From contig CBEUCJ010000001.1 in assembly GCA_965541615.1 (NCBI GenBank), positions 131,754-195,753 of the forward strand: DNA of 64,000 nucleotides, in the 5' to 3' direction. Every line of letters starts with the position of its first letter. The first letter of the stretch is position 1. This DNA comes from an uncultured bacterium (GTDB taxonomy: Bacteria; Omnitrophota; Gorgyraeia; Duberdicusellales; CBEUCJ01). Below the pieces are notes generated by a model. It was not told where the DNA came from. It made no database searches and saw only the letters and a program-made list of their open reading frames with translations. A program made the position numbers and the translations under genes. Shown here one piece after another: positions 1 to 9,660 of the stretch.

Positions 1-720
1 TTAGAAGTAAACCCCAGAGCTTCAAGAACTATTCCTTTTATATCTAAAGCAATAGGTGTGCCTTTGGCTAAATTAGCAGCAAAAGTAATGGTGGGTAGGA
101 CTTTAAAAGAATTAGGTTTTACAAAAGAAATAATCCCTCCATATTTTTGTGTAAAAGAATCTGTCTTTCCTTTTAATAGATTTCCAGGCACAGATATTAT
201 CTTAGGACCTGAAATGAAATCTACAGGAGAAGTTATGGGAATAGACTTTGATTTTGGGTTGAGTTTTATAAAGTCTCAAATTGCAGCTTCTCAAAATTTA
301 CCTAAAAAAGGATGTGTTTTTATCAGTGTTAAGAATGAAGATAAACGTGATATTGTGTTTATTGCAAAAAAGCTTCAAGATTTAGGGTTTGAGATAATCT
401 CTACAGAAGGTACAGGTAAAGTTTTGAATAGATATGGAGTAAATGCTAAAATAATTCCAAAAGTTTCAGAAGGAAGACCTAATATTTTGGATTACATAAA
501 AGATAAGAAGGTGCATTTGATAATAAATACTCCTTCTGGAAGGATACCTAGGAAAGATGAGGTAAAGATTAGATCTCAAGCTATAATGCATAATATCCCT
601 TGTATTACTACTATTTCTGGAGCTCAAGCTTCAGTAAATGGGATTGAAGCTTTGTTGAAAAAAGATTTAGACATTAAGTCTTTGCAAGAGTATTATAAAT
701 TAATTAAATATGATTCATGA
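1..720 (+). CDS. carB: Carbamoyl-phosphate synthase large subunit, C-terminal part (5'-truncated by window)
   Basis: Frame open from base 1 (LEVNPRASRT...); LGPEMKSTGEVMG motif; C-terminal MGS-like domain (STEGT, IINTP, IPCITT). Confidence 0.97.
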   Translation, partial: LEVNPRASRTIPFISKAIGVPLAKLAAKVMVGRTLKELGFTKEIIPPYFCVKESVFPFNRFPGTDIILGPEMKSTGEVMGIDFDFGLSFIKSQIAASQNLPKKGCVFISVKNEDKRDIVFIAKKLQDLGFEIISTEGTGKVLNRYGVNAKIIPKVSEGRPNILDYIKDKKVHLIINTPSGRIPRKDEVKIRSQAIMHNIPCITTISGAQASVNGIEALLKKDLDIKSLQEYYKLIKYDS

Positions 721-1105
721 AATTTCTATCTCTACAAAAAGGAAGACAGAATTTATAGATATTACTTCTGAGGTCAATGAGATTGTGAGAAAAGAAAACG
801 TTCAAGAAGGAGTGTGTGTAGTATTTTGTCCTCATACCACAGCAGGTTTGGTTATAAATGAAAATGCAGATTTTAGTGTAAGAAAAGATATTATAAGTAG
901 TTTACAAAGACTAATTCCTGAAGACGAAGTTTATTCTCATTTAGAGGGAAATTCACCTGCTCATATTAAGTCTTCAATTTTAGGAAATTCATTGACAGTT
1001 TTTATAGAGAACAAAAAATTAAAATTAGGTACTTGGCAAGGAATATTTTTTTGTGAATTTGATGGTCCAAGAAGCAGGAAAATTTGGGTTAAGATATTAA
1101 AATGA
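710..1105 (+). CDS. yjbQ: YjbQ/UPF0047 family protein (secondary thiamine-phosphate synthase)
   Basis: PHTTAGLVINEN, HLEGNSPAHIK and LGTWQGIFFCEFDGPR motifs. Confidence 0.93.
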   Translation: MIHEISISTKRKTEFIDITSEVNEIVRKENVQEGVCVVFCPHTTAGLVINENADFSVRKDIISSLQRLIPEDEVYSHLEGNSPAHIKSSILGNSLTVFIENKKLKLGTWQGIFFCEFDGPRSRKIWVKILK

Positions 1106-1875
1106 TAGCTTTGTTTGGATTATTAACTGTAGTTGTTCTTTCTATAATCTGTGTAAGAATAGGTGCTATTGCTTTAGAATTAACAGGTCTCTCACCTGAA
1201 GTAGCTGCTTTTCAAGCACAATCTGCTTTTTCGGGCACAGGTTTTACTACTTCTGAATCTGAAATTATAGTTTCACATCCTGTGAGGAGAAAAATAATTC
1301 GTATCTTGATCTTATTAGGAAGCATGGGGATCACTTCATCTATAGCTACTTTGGTCTTAACATTTGTAGGACAATCTGTAGAGACTATGCTTATAAGAGC
1401 AGGTATTTTAACAATAGGTTTGCTTGCAATTCTGTTATTCGCTCGTTCAAAATATATTTATAGAGTGATGAAAAAAATTATTACAAAAGCATTAGAGAAA
1501 TGGACGCAAGTTCGTATTTATGATTATGAGCAAATTTTAGGTTTAAGTAAAGGTTATACTATTTCCAAGATTACCGTAAAACCTGAAAGTTGGATGGCAG
1601 GTTGTAAATTAAAGGATTTGAAATTAGATTTAGAAGGAACTTTAGTTTTAGCTATTTACAGGAAAGTAAATGGAGAAGAAAAGTTTATAGGTGCTCCCAA
1701 AGGAGACACAGTAATTCAAAAAGGTGATGTTTTAATATGCTATGGTAGAGAAGACGCAAGTAGAGGGTTATCACAAAGATGTAAAGGAGCAGAAGGTAAC
1801 AAAGAACATGAGATGCAAGTTCAAAAAGAACAGCAATTAGCTAAGATGAGAGAGATAAGAGGAGGTTTTGATTAA
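1102..1875 (+). CDS. Membrane protein with TrkA-C (RCK_C) domain
   Basis: N-terminal TM segments with FQAQSAFSGTGFTTSESE; C-terminal RCK_C-like VLAIYR...GDTVIQKGDVL. Confidence 0.8.
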   Translation: MIALFGLLTVVVLSIICVRIGAIALELTGLSPEVAAFQAQSAFSGTGFTTSESEIIVSHPVRRKIIRILILLGSMGITSSIATLVLTFVGQSVETMLIRAGILTIGLLAILLFARSKYIYRVMKKIITKALEKWTQVRIYDYEQILGLSKGYTISKITVKPESWMAGCKLKDLKLDLEGTLVLAIYRKVNGEEKFIGAPKGDTVIQKGDVLICYGREDASRGLSQRCKGAEGNKEHEMQVQKEQQLAKMREIRGGFD

Positions 1876-1890
1876 AAGGAGGCAGAATCT

Positions 1891-2688
1891 ATGCCAGAGT
1901 TGCCAGAAGTAGAAACTATTAAAAGAGAGTTAGAGAAAGTAATATTAAATAAGAAGATAAAAGATGTAATTATAAAAAAACAAAAAGTTGTAAAAGAACC
2001 TGCACCAAAAAAATTTAAAGAGAATTTGAAAGGAGAGAGAGTTAAGGAAATAATAAGAAAAGCAAAAGTTTTGATATTAAGATTAGAAAAAAATTTTTTG
2101 ATAATCCATTTAAAGATTTCAGGATGGATTTTGTATGGAAAAGAAGAAGAAAAATCAGCTGTGAGTATTCTTTTTGAGGATGGTAACTACTTAAACTACA
2201 TGGATCAGAGATTATTAGGAGAATTAAGATTAAGGAAAGATTTTAAGGATTTAAAGTTTATAAAAGAACTAGGTCCTGAGCCTTTTGAGTTTACTTTAGA
2301 AGAGTTTAAAGAAAAAGTGAAAAAGAAAAAGACAAAGATAAAGCTTTTATTGATGGATCAAAAATTTATTTCAGGAGTAGGAAATGTTTACGCAGTTGAG
2401 AGTTTATTTAGAGCAAAAATTAATCCTTTAACACCTGCCAATAAGCTCTCTGATGAAAAGATTCAGGAACTTTTTAAAGCCATTTTAGAAGTCTTAAAAG
2501 AAGCTATTAAATATAAAGGAAGTTCAGTAGATACTTACAGAGATATTTATGGTAAAGAAGGAAAAATGACCTGCAGATTAAAAGTCTATGGAAGAGAGTC
2601 TGAACCCTGTTTTATTTGTAAGACTCCTATTAAAAAGATAGAGTTAGGAGGAAGGAGCACCTATTTTTGTCCTAAATGTCAAAAATAA
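1891..2688 (+). CDS. mutM: Formamidopyrimidine-DNA glycosylase (Fpg/MutM)
   Basis: N-terminal PELPEVE; H2TH LMDQ..ISGVGNVY; C-terminal CxxC...CPKCQ zinc finger; SD AAGGAGG upstream. Confidence 0.95.
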   Translation: MPELPEVETIKRELEKVILNKKIKDVIIKKQKVVKEPAPKKFKENLKGERVKEIIRKAKVLILRLEKNFLIIHLKISGWILYGKEEEKSAVSILFEDGNYLNYMDQRLLGELRLRKDFKDLKFIKELGPEPFEFTLEEFKEKVKKKKTKIKLLLMDQKFISGVGNVYAVESLFRAKINPLTPANKLSDEKIQELFKAILEVLKEAIKYKGSSVDTYRDIYGKEGKMTCRLKVYGRESEPCFICKTPIKKIELGGRSTYFCPKCQK

Positions 2689-3449
2689 AGATTTTAGAGT
2701 GTCCTATAAAGAATGTTGAGAGCGTAACTAAAGATACTTTTAAGATAGAATTAGAATCTGAATACTTAGCAAAGAATTCTTATCCAGGTCAATTCCTCCA
2801 TATAAAGATAGATGAGGATTTAAGTTTAAGACGCCCTTTCAGTATCCACAGAATTAAAAAAAATAGAGTTCTTGTACTCTTTAAAGTTAGAGGAAGAGGA
2901 ACATCCCTTCTTTCAAAAAAACAAAAGAATCAAAAGTTAAATGTAATAGGCCCTTTAGGAAGAGGATTTAAAATTCCTAAAGTTTTAAAAGAAGGAGAAA
3001 TAATTATTCTAGCAGGAGGAGGTTTGGGGATAGCTCCTCTTTATTTTTTAGCTCAGAAGATAAAAGATTTAAAATTTAAGAAAAATAAAATTTTTTGTAT
3101 TTTAGGTTTTAAAGAAAAGAAAGATGTAATCTGTGAAGAGGATTTTAAATCCTTAGGATTTAAGACTTATATTGTTACTGAGAAAACAGGCGTTAAAAAA
3201 AATCTTGTGGATTTTTTAGAAGAATTTGTTAAAAATAAAAAAGGTTATATATATTTGTGCGGTCCTAAAGAGATGATCAATTCTCTTAAAGAAAAGAAAT
3301 TTAAAGATTTTAAAATACAGGTCAGTTTGGAAAATTTTTTAGGTTGTGGAATAGGAATGTGTAAAGCTTGCAGTATTTTGACTAAGGAAGGAACTAAATT
3401 GGTATGTAAAGATGGGCCTGTTTTTGATATAGAAGATTTAAAAATTTAA
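2676..3449 (+). CDS. pyrK: Dihydroorotate dehydrogenase electron transfer subunit
   Basis: PGQF, RRPFS, GPLGRGF, GGGLGIAP, CGP, CGIGMCKAC...VCKDGPVF [2Fe-2S] motif; near pyrD. Confidence 0.92.
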   Translation: MSKIKILECPIKNVESVTKDTFKIELESEYLAKNSYPGQFLHIKIDEDLSLRRPFSIHRIKKNRVLVLFKVRGRGTSLLSKKQKNQKLNVIGPLGRGFKIPKVLKEGEIIILAGGGLGIAPLYFLAQKIKDLKFKKNKIFCILGFKEKKDVICEEDFKSLGFKTYIVTEKTGVKKNLVDFLEEFVKNKKGYIYLCGPKEMINSLKEKKFKDFKIQVSLENFLGCGIGMCKACSILTKEGTKLVCKDGPVFDIEDLKI

Positions 3450-3464
3450 ACTAGGAGGCAGAAA

Positions 3465-4619
3465 ATGCAAGAGCCATTCGTTTCAATAATAATACCTGTA
3501 AAAAATATGGAAAGAACTATCGAAAAGATGTTTGAGTATTTAAGTGAAGTAGATTATCCAAGAGAAAGGTTAGAGATAATAATAGTTGATGGTGGTAGCA
3601 AAGACAGAACAGTAGAGATAATTAAGAATTATCAAAAAGAAAATCCTTTTATAAAGTTAATTCAGATTCCAGATTGTCCTTCACCAGGCTTTGCTAGGAC
3701 CAGAGCTTTAAAAGAAGCTAAAGGAGATTTTATTTTCTTTACAGATGCAGATTGCGCTCCATGTAAAGATTGGATCAAAAAGATGTTAAAAGTATTTGAA
3801 AGAGATGAAAAAATAGGAGCTGTTGGAGGAGAAATTTACACTCTAAGAGTAGATCCTAACAATTTAGTAGAAATTTACTGTGAAGCTTTTGGATTTAATA
3901 GAGTTTCTTGGAGATATGGGAATTTAGGAGAAGGTTACTTTCCAGATTTAAAAGATTTTACTCCTACTGAAATTTGTGGACACAGAGCTTACTTTTTTGT
4001 TACTGCAAATGTAGCTTATAGAAAAGAAGCTGTAGAGTCTGCTGAAAGAAGATTCTGGGAACTGCCCACAGGTGAAGATATAGATTTCGGTTTAAGAGTA
4101 AGAAAGAATGGAAATTGGAAGTTTTATTTTTTACCTTCAGCTTCTGTAAGACATATGCATAGAGCAGATTTAAAGTCTTTACTAAAAGTATGGAAATCTT
4201 ATGGAACTGCTCACCCCCCACTCTTATATGAACATTCTAAAAAATATTTTGAAATTGTGTTCCAATTTTTAGGAGAGTACCCAAATTTACCTGTTTTAAA
4301 ATTTCCTTTTCCAATAAAAGGATTTCTTTATATAGGAAACTTTCATCTTATGCATATTTTTCTTTTCCTGTTTTTATTAAGTTTTGCTTTTTGTTGGATA
4401 TTTCCTTTATCTGTTTGGTGGAAAATTTTTAGCTGGGTATTTCTTGCTGCGACTTTAATATTTTCATTTAAATTTTTTAGACCAGCCTTTAATATAGAAC
4501 CCTACAATAAATGGTTTGAGTTCTGTAAGATGAAGTATTTAACTAATTTATATTTCATTTTGGGAGGATTAAAAGGTTCCTTAAAGTATAAGACTTTCTG
4601 TATAGAACCCAGTTTCTAA
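3465..4619 (+). CDS. Glycosyltransferase family 2 with C-terminal membrane helices
   Basis: VSIIIP, IVDGGSKD, FTDAD (DxD) and GEDID motifs; hydrophobic C-terminus. Confidence 0.88.
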   Translation: MQEPFVSIIIPVKNMERTIEKMFEYLSEVDYPRERLEIIIVDGGSKDRTVEIIKNYQKENPFIKLIQIPDCPSPGFARTRALKEAKGDFIFFTDADCAPCKDWIKKMLKVFERDEKIGAVGGEIYTLRVDPNNLVEIYCEAFGFNRVSWRYGNLGEGYFPDLKDFTPTEICGHRAYFFVTANVAYRKEAVESAERRFWELPTGEDIDFGLRVRKNGNWKFYFLPSASVRHMHRADLKSLLKVWKSYGTAHPPLLYEHSKKYFEIVFQFLGEYPNLPVLKFPFPIKGFLYIGNFHLMHIFLFLFLLSFAFCWIFPLSVWWKIFSWVFLAATLIFSFKFFRPAFNIEPYNKWFEFCKMKYLTNLYFILGGLKGSLKYKTFCIEPSF

Positions 4620-4651
4620 AAAATTAAATTTTAAAAAACAAAGGAGGCAAA

Positions 4652-5008
4652 ATGAATCTGTTTTATCTTTTCTTAGGGATAATTTCAGGAATTTTAAGTG
4701 GATTTTTAGGGATAGGAGGAGGTTCAATCTTAATACCTGCATTTGTGTATTTATTGGGTTTGAGTCAACACCAAGCACAAGGCACTACTTTAGCTTTAAT
4801 GGTTCCTCCAATAGGATTGATGGCTGCTTTAAGGTATTACTTTGAAGGAAATGTGAATTTAAAAATAGCTTTCTGGGTTTGTATTGGATTTTTTTTCGGA
4901 GCTTTTTTAGGAGCTGATTTTGCTCAGAAAGTATCAGATACTTTGCTTAAAAAAATTTTTGGATTCTTTTTGTTATTAATTTCTTTAAAAATGATATTTG
5001 CAAAATGA
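4652..5008 (+). CDS. TauE/SafE (TSUP) family permease, half-size
   Basis: SGFLGIGGGSILIP and HQAQGTTL motifs; about 4 TM helices. Confidence 0.85.
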   Translation: MNLFYLFLGIISGILSGFLGIGGGSILIPAFVYLLGLSQHQAQGTTLALMVPPIGLMAALRYYFEGNVNLKIAFWVCIGFFFGAFLGADFAQKVSDTLLKKIFGFFLLLISLKMIFAK

Positions 5009-5904
5009 AGCCAGATTTAACGATAAATTTAAAAGAAGTAAAATTAAAAAATCCAATAATCTTAGCTTCTGGCGTAGTTGGATTTGGAAAAGAGATCGTT
5101 AAGTTTTTTGATATAAATAAATTGGGAGCTGTAGTTACAAAGACTATTACTTTAAAACCCAGGATAGGTAATCTTCAACCTAGAATTTATGACTTAGGTT
5201 TCGGGGTTTTAAATTCCATAGGTTTAGAAAATCCTGGCTTAGAAGGATTTAAGGAAAAATATGCAGATTTTTTATCCTCTTTAAATACCTGTGTATTTGT
5301 AAGTTTATATGGAGAAAGTTTTGATGAGTATAAGGTTTTGATAAGAGAATTAGAAAATTTTAATTTTAAAGGATATGAAATAAATCTTTCTTGTCCTAAT
5401 ATTAAAAAGACTCTAAAGTTTTCTCAAAAAAAATTTTTTAATTTTCTTTCTAAATTGAGAGAATTGACTAAAAAACTCTTAGTAGTAAAATTAGGTTTTC
5501 ATCCAGAGTTAGTGACTATTTGTAAAATATGTGAAAATGCAGGAATAGATGCTTTAACCTTAATCAATACTCTTCCAGCTATGGCACTAGATATTGAAGA
5601 AAGAAAACCTGTTTTAGGAAATATAACAGGTGGTTTGAGTGGAAGGTGTTTAAAGCCTATAGCTTTAAAATGCGTGTGGGAGGTTTCAAGAAAGATAAAA
5701 ATACCTGTTATAGGATGTGGAGGAATATTCGATTTTAAAGATGTAATTGAATTTTTGTTGAGTGGAGCTTGTTGTATACAGATAGGTGTAGCAAATTTAA
5801 TAGACCCTAAAATAAGTCTAAAGATTCTAAAAGATTTACAAAAGTATCTTAAACAGAAAGGGATTAATTCTATAAAAGAAATAATAGGAAGATTAGATGC
5901 CTGA
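5005..5904 (+). CDS. pyrD: Dihydroorotate dehydrogenase, family 1B catalytic subunit
   Basis: KNPIILASG, GN..PRI, NSIGLENPG, EINLSCPN, GGLSG, IGCGGI. Confidence 0.95.
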   Translation: MKPDLTINLKEVKLKNPIILASGVVGFGKEIVKFFDINKLGAVVTKTITLKPRIGNLQPRIYDLGFGVLNSIGLENPGLEGFKEKYADFLSSLNTCVFVSLYGESFDEYKVLIRELENFNFKGYEINLSCPNIKKTLKFSQKKFFNFLSKLRELTKKLLVVKLGFHPELVTICKICENAGIDALTLINTLPAMALDIEERKPVLGNITGGLSGRCLKPIALKCVWEVSRKIKIPVIGCGGIFDFKDVIEFLLSGACCIQIGVANLIDPKISLKILKDLQKYLKQKGINSIKEIIGRLDA

Positions 5905-6565
5905 ATTAATCTTAGCTTTAGATTTAGATAAAGAAAAAGAAATAAAAGAATGGCTCAGTCTCACAAAAGATTATTTAAATTATTATAAGATTGGGATAAG
6001 AAGTTTTGTAAAAATAGGTCCTAAATCTGTTAGATTAATAAAAAAATTTAATAAGAAAGTATTCTTAGATTTAAAATTTTTTGATATTCCCAACAGCATG
6101 ATAAAAGCTGGAAAAAACGCTATAGACTTAGGAGTAGATTTATTAAACTTTCATCTTTTAAATGAAGAGTCTAGTTTAAAGGGAACTATCAAAGAACTAA
6201 AAAGCTATTCTGAAAAGAAAGGGAAAAAAGTCTTATTTTTAGGAGTTACTCTTCTTACAAGCATAAACTTTAAAAAGAACATAGAGCAAAGAGTATTAAA
6301 ATTAGCAAAGAAAGCAAGATCAATAGGTTTTGATGGTGTAATATGTGCAGGTAGAGAATCTAAAATAATAAAAGAAACTTTAGGGAATGATTTTATAACT
6401 GCCTGTCCAGGAATAAGATTTGAACCTGTATCTGATGATCAAAAAAGAGTAAGTGCTCCTCAAAGAATTAAAAAATATGTAGATTTTTTTATAATGGGAA
6501 GACCCATTTTAGAATCCAAAGATCCTTTAAAAACTATAAAGAAAATTTTGAGGTTAATAAGATGA
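5897..6565 (+). CDS. pyrF: Orotidine-5'-phosphate decarboxylase
   Basis: LALD, FLDLKFFDIPN (DxKxxD), VTLLTS, PGIR, DDQKRV, GRPI. Confidence 0.95.
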   Translation: MPELILALDLDKEKEIKEWLSLTKDYLNYYKIGIRSFVKIGPKSVRLIKKFNKKVFLDLKFFDIPNSMIKAGKNAIDLGVDLLNFHLLNEESSLKGTIKELKSYSEKKGKKVLFLGVTLLTSINFKKNIEQRVLKLAKKARSIGFDGVICAGRESKIIKETLGNDFITACPGIRFEPVSDDQKRVSAPQRIKKYVDFFIMGRPILESKDPLKTIKKILRLIR

Positions 6566-6888
6566 AAGATTTTGAGGAAATTTTAGAAGAGGTAAAAAGG
6601 ACAGAAGATAAAGCAGAAGAGATCATAATTCAAGCTAAAAAGCAAGCAGAATCTGTTGTAAATTCTGCTTATTTAAAAAGAGATGAGATATTTAAAGAAT
6701 ATCAAAATAATTTTGAGAAAGAATTTGAAAAGTTTAAAGCTCAAGTAGAAAAAGAAATTGAAACTGAGATTTTAAAAATGAAGGAAGAACTTCAAGTCAA
6801 ACTAAAAAAGTTGAAAGAAAAAAGAGAAGAGTTAATAGAAAAATTAAAACAGTATTTAGTTTCTTTAATTAAAGAAAAATGGCAATAG
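6562..6888 (+). CDS. V/A-type ATPase peripheral stalk subunit G/H
   Basis: Highly charged coiled-coil, first gene of the ATPase operon. Confidence 0.75.
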   Translation: MKDFEEILEEVKRTEDKAEEIIIQAKKQAESVVNSAYLKRDEIFKEYQNNFEKEFEKFKAQVEKEIETEILKMKEELQVKLKKLKEKREELIEKLKQYLVSLIKEKWQ

Positions 6889-8744
6889 AAAGAGTAAAAA
6901 GAGTTGAACTTTTAGGGGTAGAGGAAATAAAAGAAGAATTTATAAAAGAATTGCAAAAACAAGAACTTTTACATTTAGATTTTATTTCTTTTCCTAAAAA
7001 TCTTCCTGAATTAAGCACGGTAGAAACTGCTATCAATATACTTTCAGAATTTGAAGATAAAAATTTTTTAGGAGATATGTTTAAAGAGCCAGTTTTTTTG
7101 AAAAAAGAAGAAATAGAAAATATAGATCAAACAAAACTTTTAGAAGTAAGCAAAGAGATTATTCATTTGAAAAATAAGTTATCTCAACTTAAAGAGAAGA
7201 AAAAACAGCTTTTAAAAGAAATAGAAGAGTTAAATTTTTGGAAATTTTTAAACTTTTCTTTAAAGGATTTTCAAAATTTAAATATTTTTTCTTTTGTATT
7301 CATTAAAGTATCTGAAAAAGATTTAGATAAATTAAAAAAAGAATTAAAGATAGAAGCAGCTATCAAGGAAATTTACAGAGTCGATAAGTTTAAGATATTG
7401 GTCGTTATTACTTTCAAAGACAAAGAATCAAATTTGAGAAATTTTTTAAAGTCAAAAAATATTTTTATTTTGGATTTACCTTTAGGAATAATGAGAAAAA
7501 ATCCTGAACTTTCTCTATCTGAGCTAAAAAATCAAATGGAAAGAGAACTTAACATGTTAAACTCTGAATATGAGAATGTTTTAAAAGAGATTTCAAAGAA
7601 ACAAAGTTTTAAAAAAGAGTTAATGATTTTATATGAGTTTTTATACAATTCTAATCTATGCAAAGATACTTTAAAAATTCTTCCTAAGACCAAAAGATTT
7701 TTTGGTGTAACAGGTTGGATGTTAGAAAAAGATGAAAAAAAATTTTTTAATTTTTTAAAGAGGTTTGAAGGTAAAGTTTACGTAAAGATAAGAGAACCTT
7801 TAAAGACAGAATCTCCTCCTGCAAAGTTAAAGAATCCTCAGATTATTTCTCCTTTTGAAATCCTTACTACTATGTATGCGCCACCTTCTTATTATTCTTT
7901 AGATCCTACAGTGTTTTTGGCTCCTTTCTTTTTCTTTTTCGTAGGAGTATGTATTTCAGACGCAGGTTATGGTTTAGTATTGAGTGTCCTTTCTTTTTAT
8001 ATTTTAAAGAAAAAAAAGTTGAGTTCTAAAGCAAAGTTATTTTTTAAGTTATTAGGTTACTTAGGAATCTCTACTTTTTTTGTGGGTGTTTTTTTAGGAA
8101 GTTTTTTTGGTATAGAACTTCCCTTTAAATTGATAGATATGAAGACTTCTCCTTTTGAGTTCTTAATATTTTGTTTTTTGGTAGGATTGGTTCAAATTTT
8201 ATTAGGTCTTTTTTTAAAAGCTTATTTGAGTCTTAAAAGAAGAAATTACAATCAATTTCTTCTTCAGGTTTCATGGATAGGGATATTAGTTTGTTTGCCA
8301 TTGTATTTTTTGGTAAAATCTCTTCTTTTGAAGTATCTTTCTATTTTATTTTGTATAGGGGTAATCTTATTTTCTTCAGAGAGTAAGAATGTAATAGTTA
8401 GGTTCTTTAAAGGACTTTATGAACTTTATGGAATTACCAGGTATTTATCAGACGTTCTTTCTTATTCAAGATTGTTAGCTTTAGGTATGGCTACAGGAGT
8501 AATAGCTATGGTGATAAATATTTTAGCAGAATTCTTTTTCAAAATTCCTGTTTTAGGTCTTATTTTAGGAGGAATTTTTTTGGTTTTTGGGCATTCTTTT
8601 AACATTTTTATAAATCTTTTGAGTGGATTTATACATTCAGCAAGATTGCAATTTGTAGAATTTTTTCCAAAATTTTTTGAGTTAGGTAAAAAATATTTTG
8701 AGCCTTTTAGAATAGTAACAAAGTATACCAGATTAATAAATTAA
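6879..8744 (+). CDS. ntpI: V/A-type ATPase subunit I (a)
   Basis: DAGYG, DVLSYSRLLALG (essential Arg), HSARLQFVEFF. Confidence 0.95.
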   Translation: MAIERVKRVELLGVEEIKEEFIKELQKQELLHLDFISFPKNLPELSTVETAINILSEFEDKNFLGDMFKEPVFLKKEEIENIDQTKLLEVSKEIIHLKNKLSQLKEKKKQLLKEIEELNFWKFLNFSLKDFQNLNIFSFVFIKVSEKDLDKLKKELKIEAAIKEIYRVDKFKILVVITFKDKESNLRNFLKSKNIFILDLPLGIMRKNPELSLSELKNQMERELNMLNSEYENVLKEISKKQSFKKELMILYEFLYNSNLCKDTLKILPKTKRFFGVTGWMLEKDEKKFFNFLKRFEGKVYVKIREPLKTESPPAKLKNPQIISPFEILTTMYAPPSYYSLDPTVFLAPFFFFFVGVCISDAGYGLVLSVLSFYILKKKKLSSKAKLFFKLLGYLGISTFFVGVFLGSFFGIELPFKLIDMKTSPFEFLIFCFLVGLVQILLGLFLKAYLSLKRRNYNQFLLQVSWIGILVCLPLYFLVKSLLLKYLSILFCIGVILFSSESKNVIVRFFKGLYELYGITRYLSDVLSYSRLLALGMATGVIAMVINILAEFFFKIPVLGLILGGIFLVFGHSFNIFINLLSGFIHSARLQFVEFFPKFFELGKKYFEPFRIVTKYTRLIN

Positions 8745-8755
8745 GGAGGTGAACT

Positions 8756-9229
8756 ATGAGTTGGGGTATAGTTTTGGCTATATTAGGAGGAGCTTTAGCT
8801 GTAATTTTAGGGGGTATAGGTTCTTCAATTGGGGTAGGGAAAACAGGTCAAGCTTCTAATGGAGTAATGAGCGAGAATCCTGAACACTTTGTACCTTTAA
8901 TGCTATTAACAGCTTTACCTGGAACTCAAGGAGTATATGGATTTTTGATAGGATTTATTTTAGCTATGAAGTTAGGATTGTTAAAAGGAGAGTTAGCTTC
9001 TTTAGACCTTTATCAAGGAGCAGCTATGTTCTTTGCTTGTCTACCAGTAGGAGTAGCAGGTTTGGTTTCGGCTATCTATCAAGGAAGAGTATGTGCTACA
9101 GGAGTATATATGGTTTCCAAACAGCCAAAGGAATTTGTAAAGCCTTTAGTTTTGGCAGTGTTCGTAGAGTTTTATGCAGTTTTAGGATTATTAATTTCAA
9201 TATTGATTTTAAATGGAATTAAATTATGA
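8756..9229 (+). CDS. ntpK: V/A-type ATPase rotor subunit K (c), four-helix Na+-type
   Basis: GSSIGVG, LPGTQGVYG, AIYQG, VEFYA; SD AAGGAGGT. Confidence 0.95.
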   Translation: MSWGIVLAILGGALAVILGGIGSSIGVGKTGQASNGVMSENPEHFVPLMLLTALPGTQGVYGFLIGFILAMKLGLLKGELASLDLYQGAAMFFACLPVGVAGLVSAIYQGRVCATGVYMVSKQPKEFVKPLVLAVFVEFYAVLGLLISILILNGIKL

Positions 9230-9660
9230 AGGAGTTATCAGAGCTTTTAAACAAAATAATTTTAGAGAAAGAGAAAGAAAAAGAAGAGATTCTAAAGAAC
9301 GCTCAAATAAAAAAGGAAGAGATTTTAGCTTCTATTAGAAAAGAAGCCCAAAACTATTTTTCTGAAATATTTTTAAAAAAGAAAGAAGAGTTAAAAAAGA
9401 AAAAAAGAGAGATTTTATTTGAAGAAAAATTAAAAAATAAAAGATTGCTTTTACAAGAAAAAGAAGAATTAATAAAAGATGTTTTTAAAGAAATTAAATT
9501 ATTTTTAGAAAAAAATTCTAATTTTATCCCTAAAAAAGAAATCGTTAAGAAAGATGAGAAAATTCAGCAAAATCTTACAATAGAAGAGTTTTTAGAATTT
9601 TTAAAAGAGAATTTTAAAGGAACTCTTTTGAAGATAATAGATGATGAGTTACGATTATAG
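9226..9660 (+). CDS. ntpE: V/A-type ATPase subunit E (short, divergent)
   Basis: Charged coiled-coil at the canonical position after K. Confidence 0.7.
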   Translation: MKELSELLNKIILEKEKEKEEILKNAQIKKEEILASIRKEAQNYFSEIFLKKKEELKKKKREILFEEKLKNKRLLLQEKEELIKDVFKEIKLFLEKNSNFIPKKEIVKKDEKIQQNLTIEEFLEFLKENFKGTLLKIIDDELRL

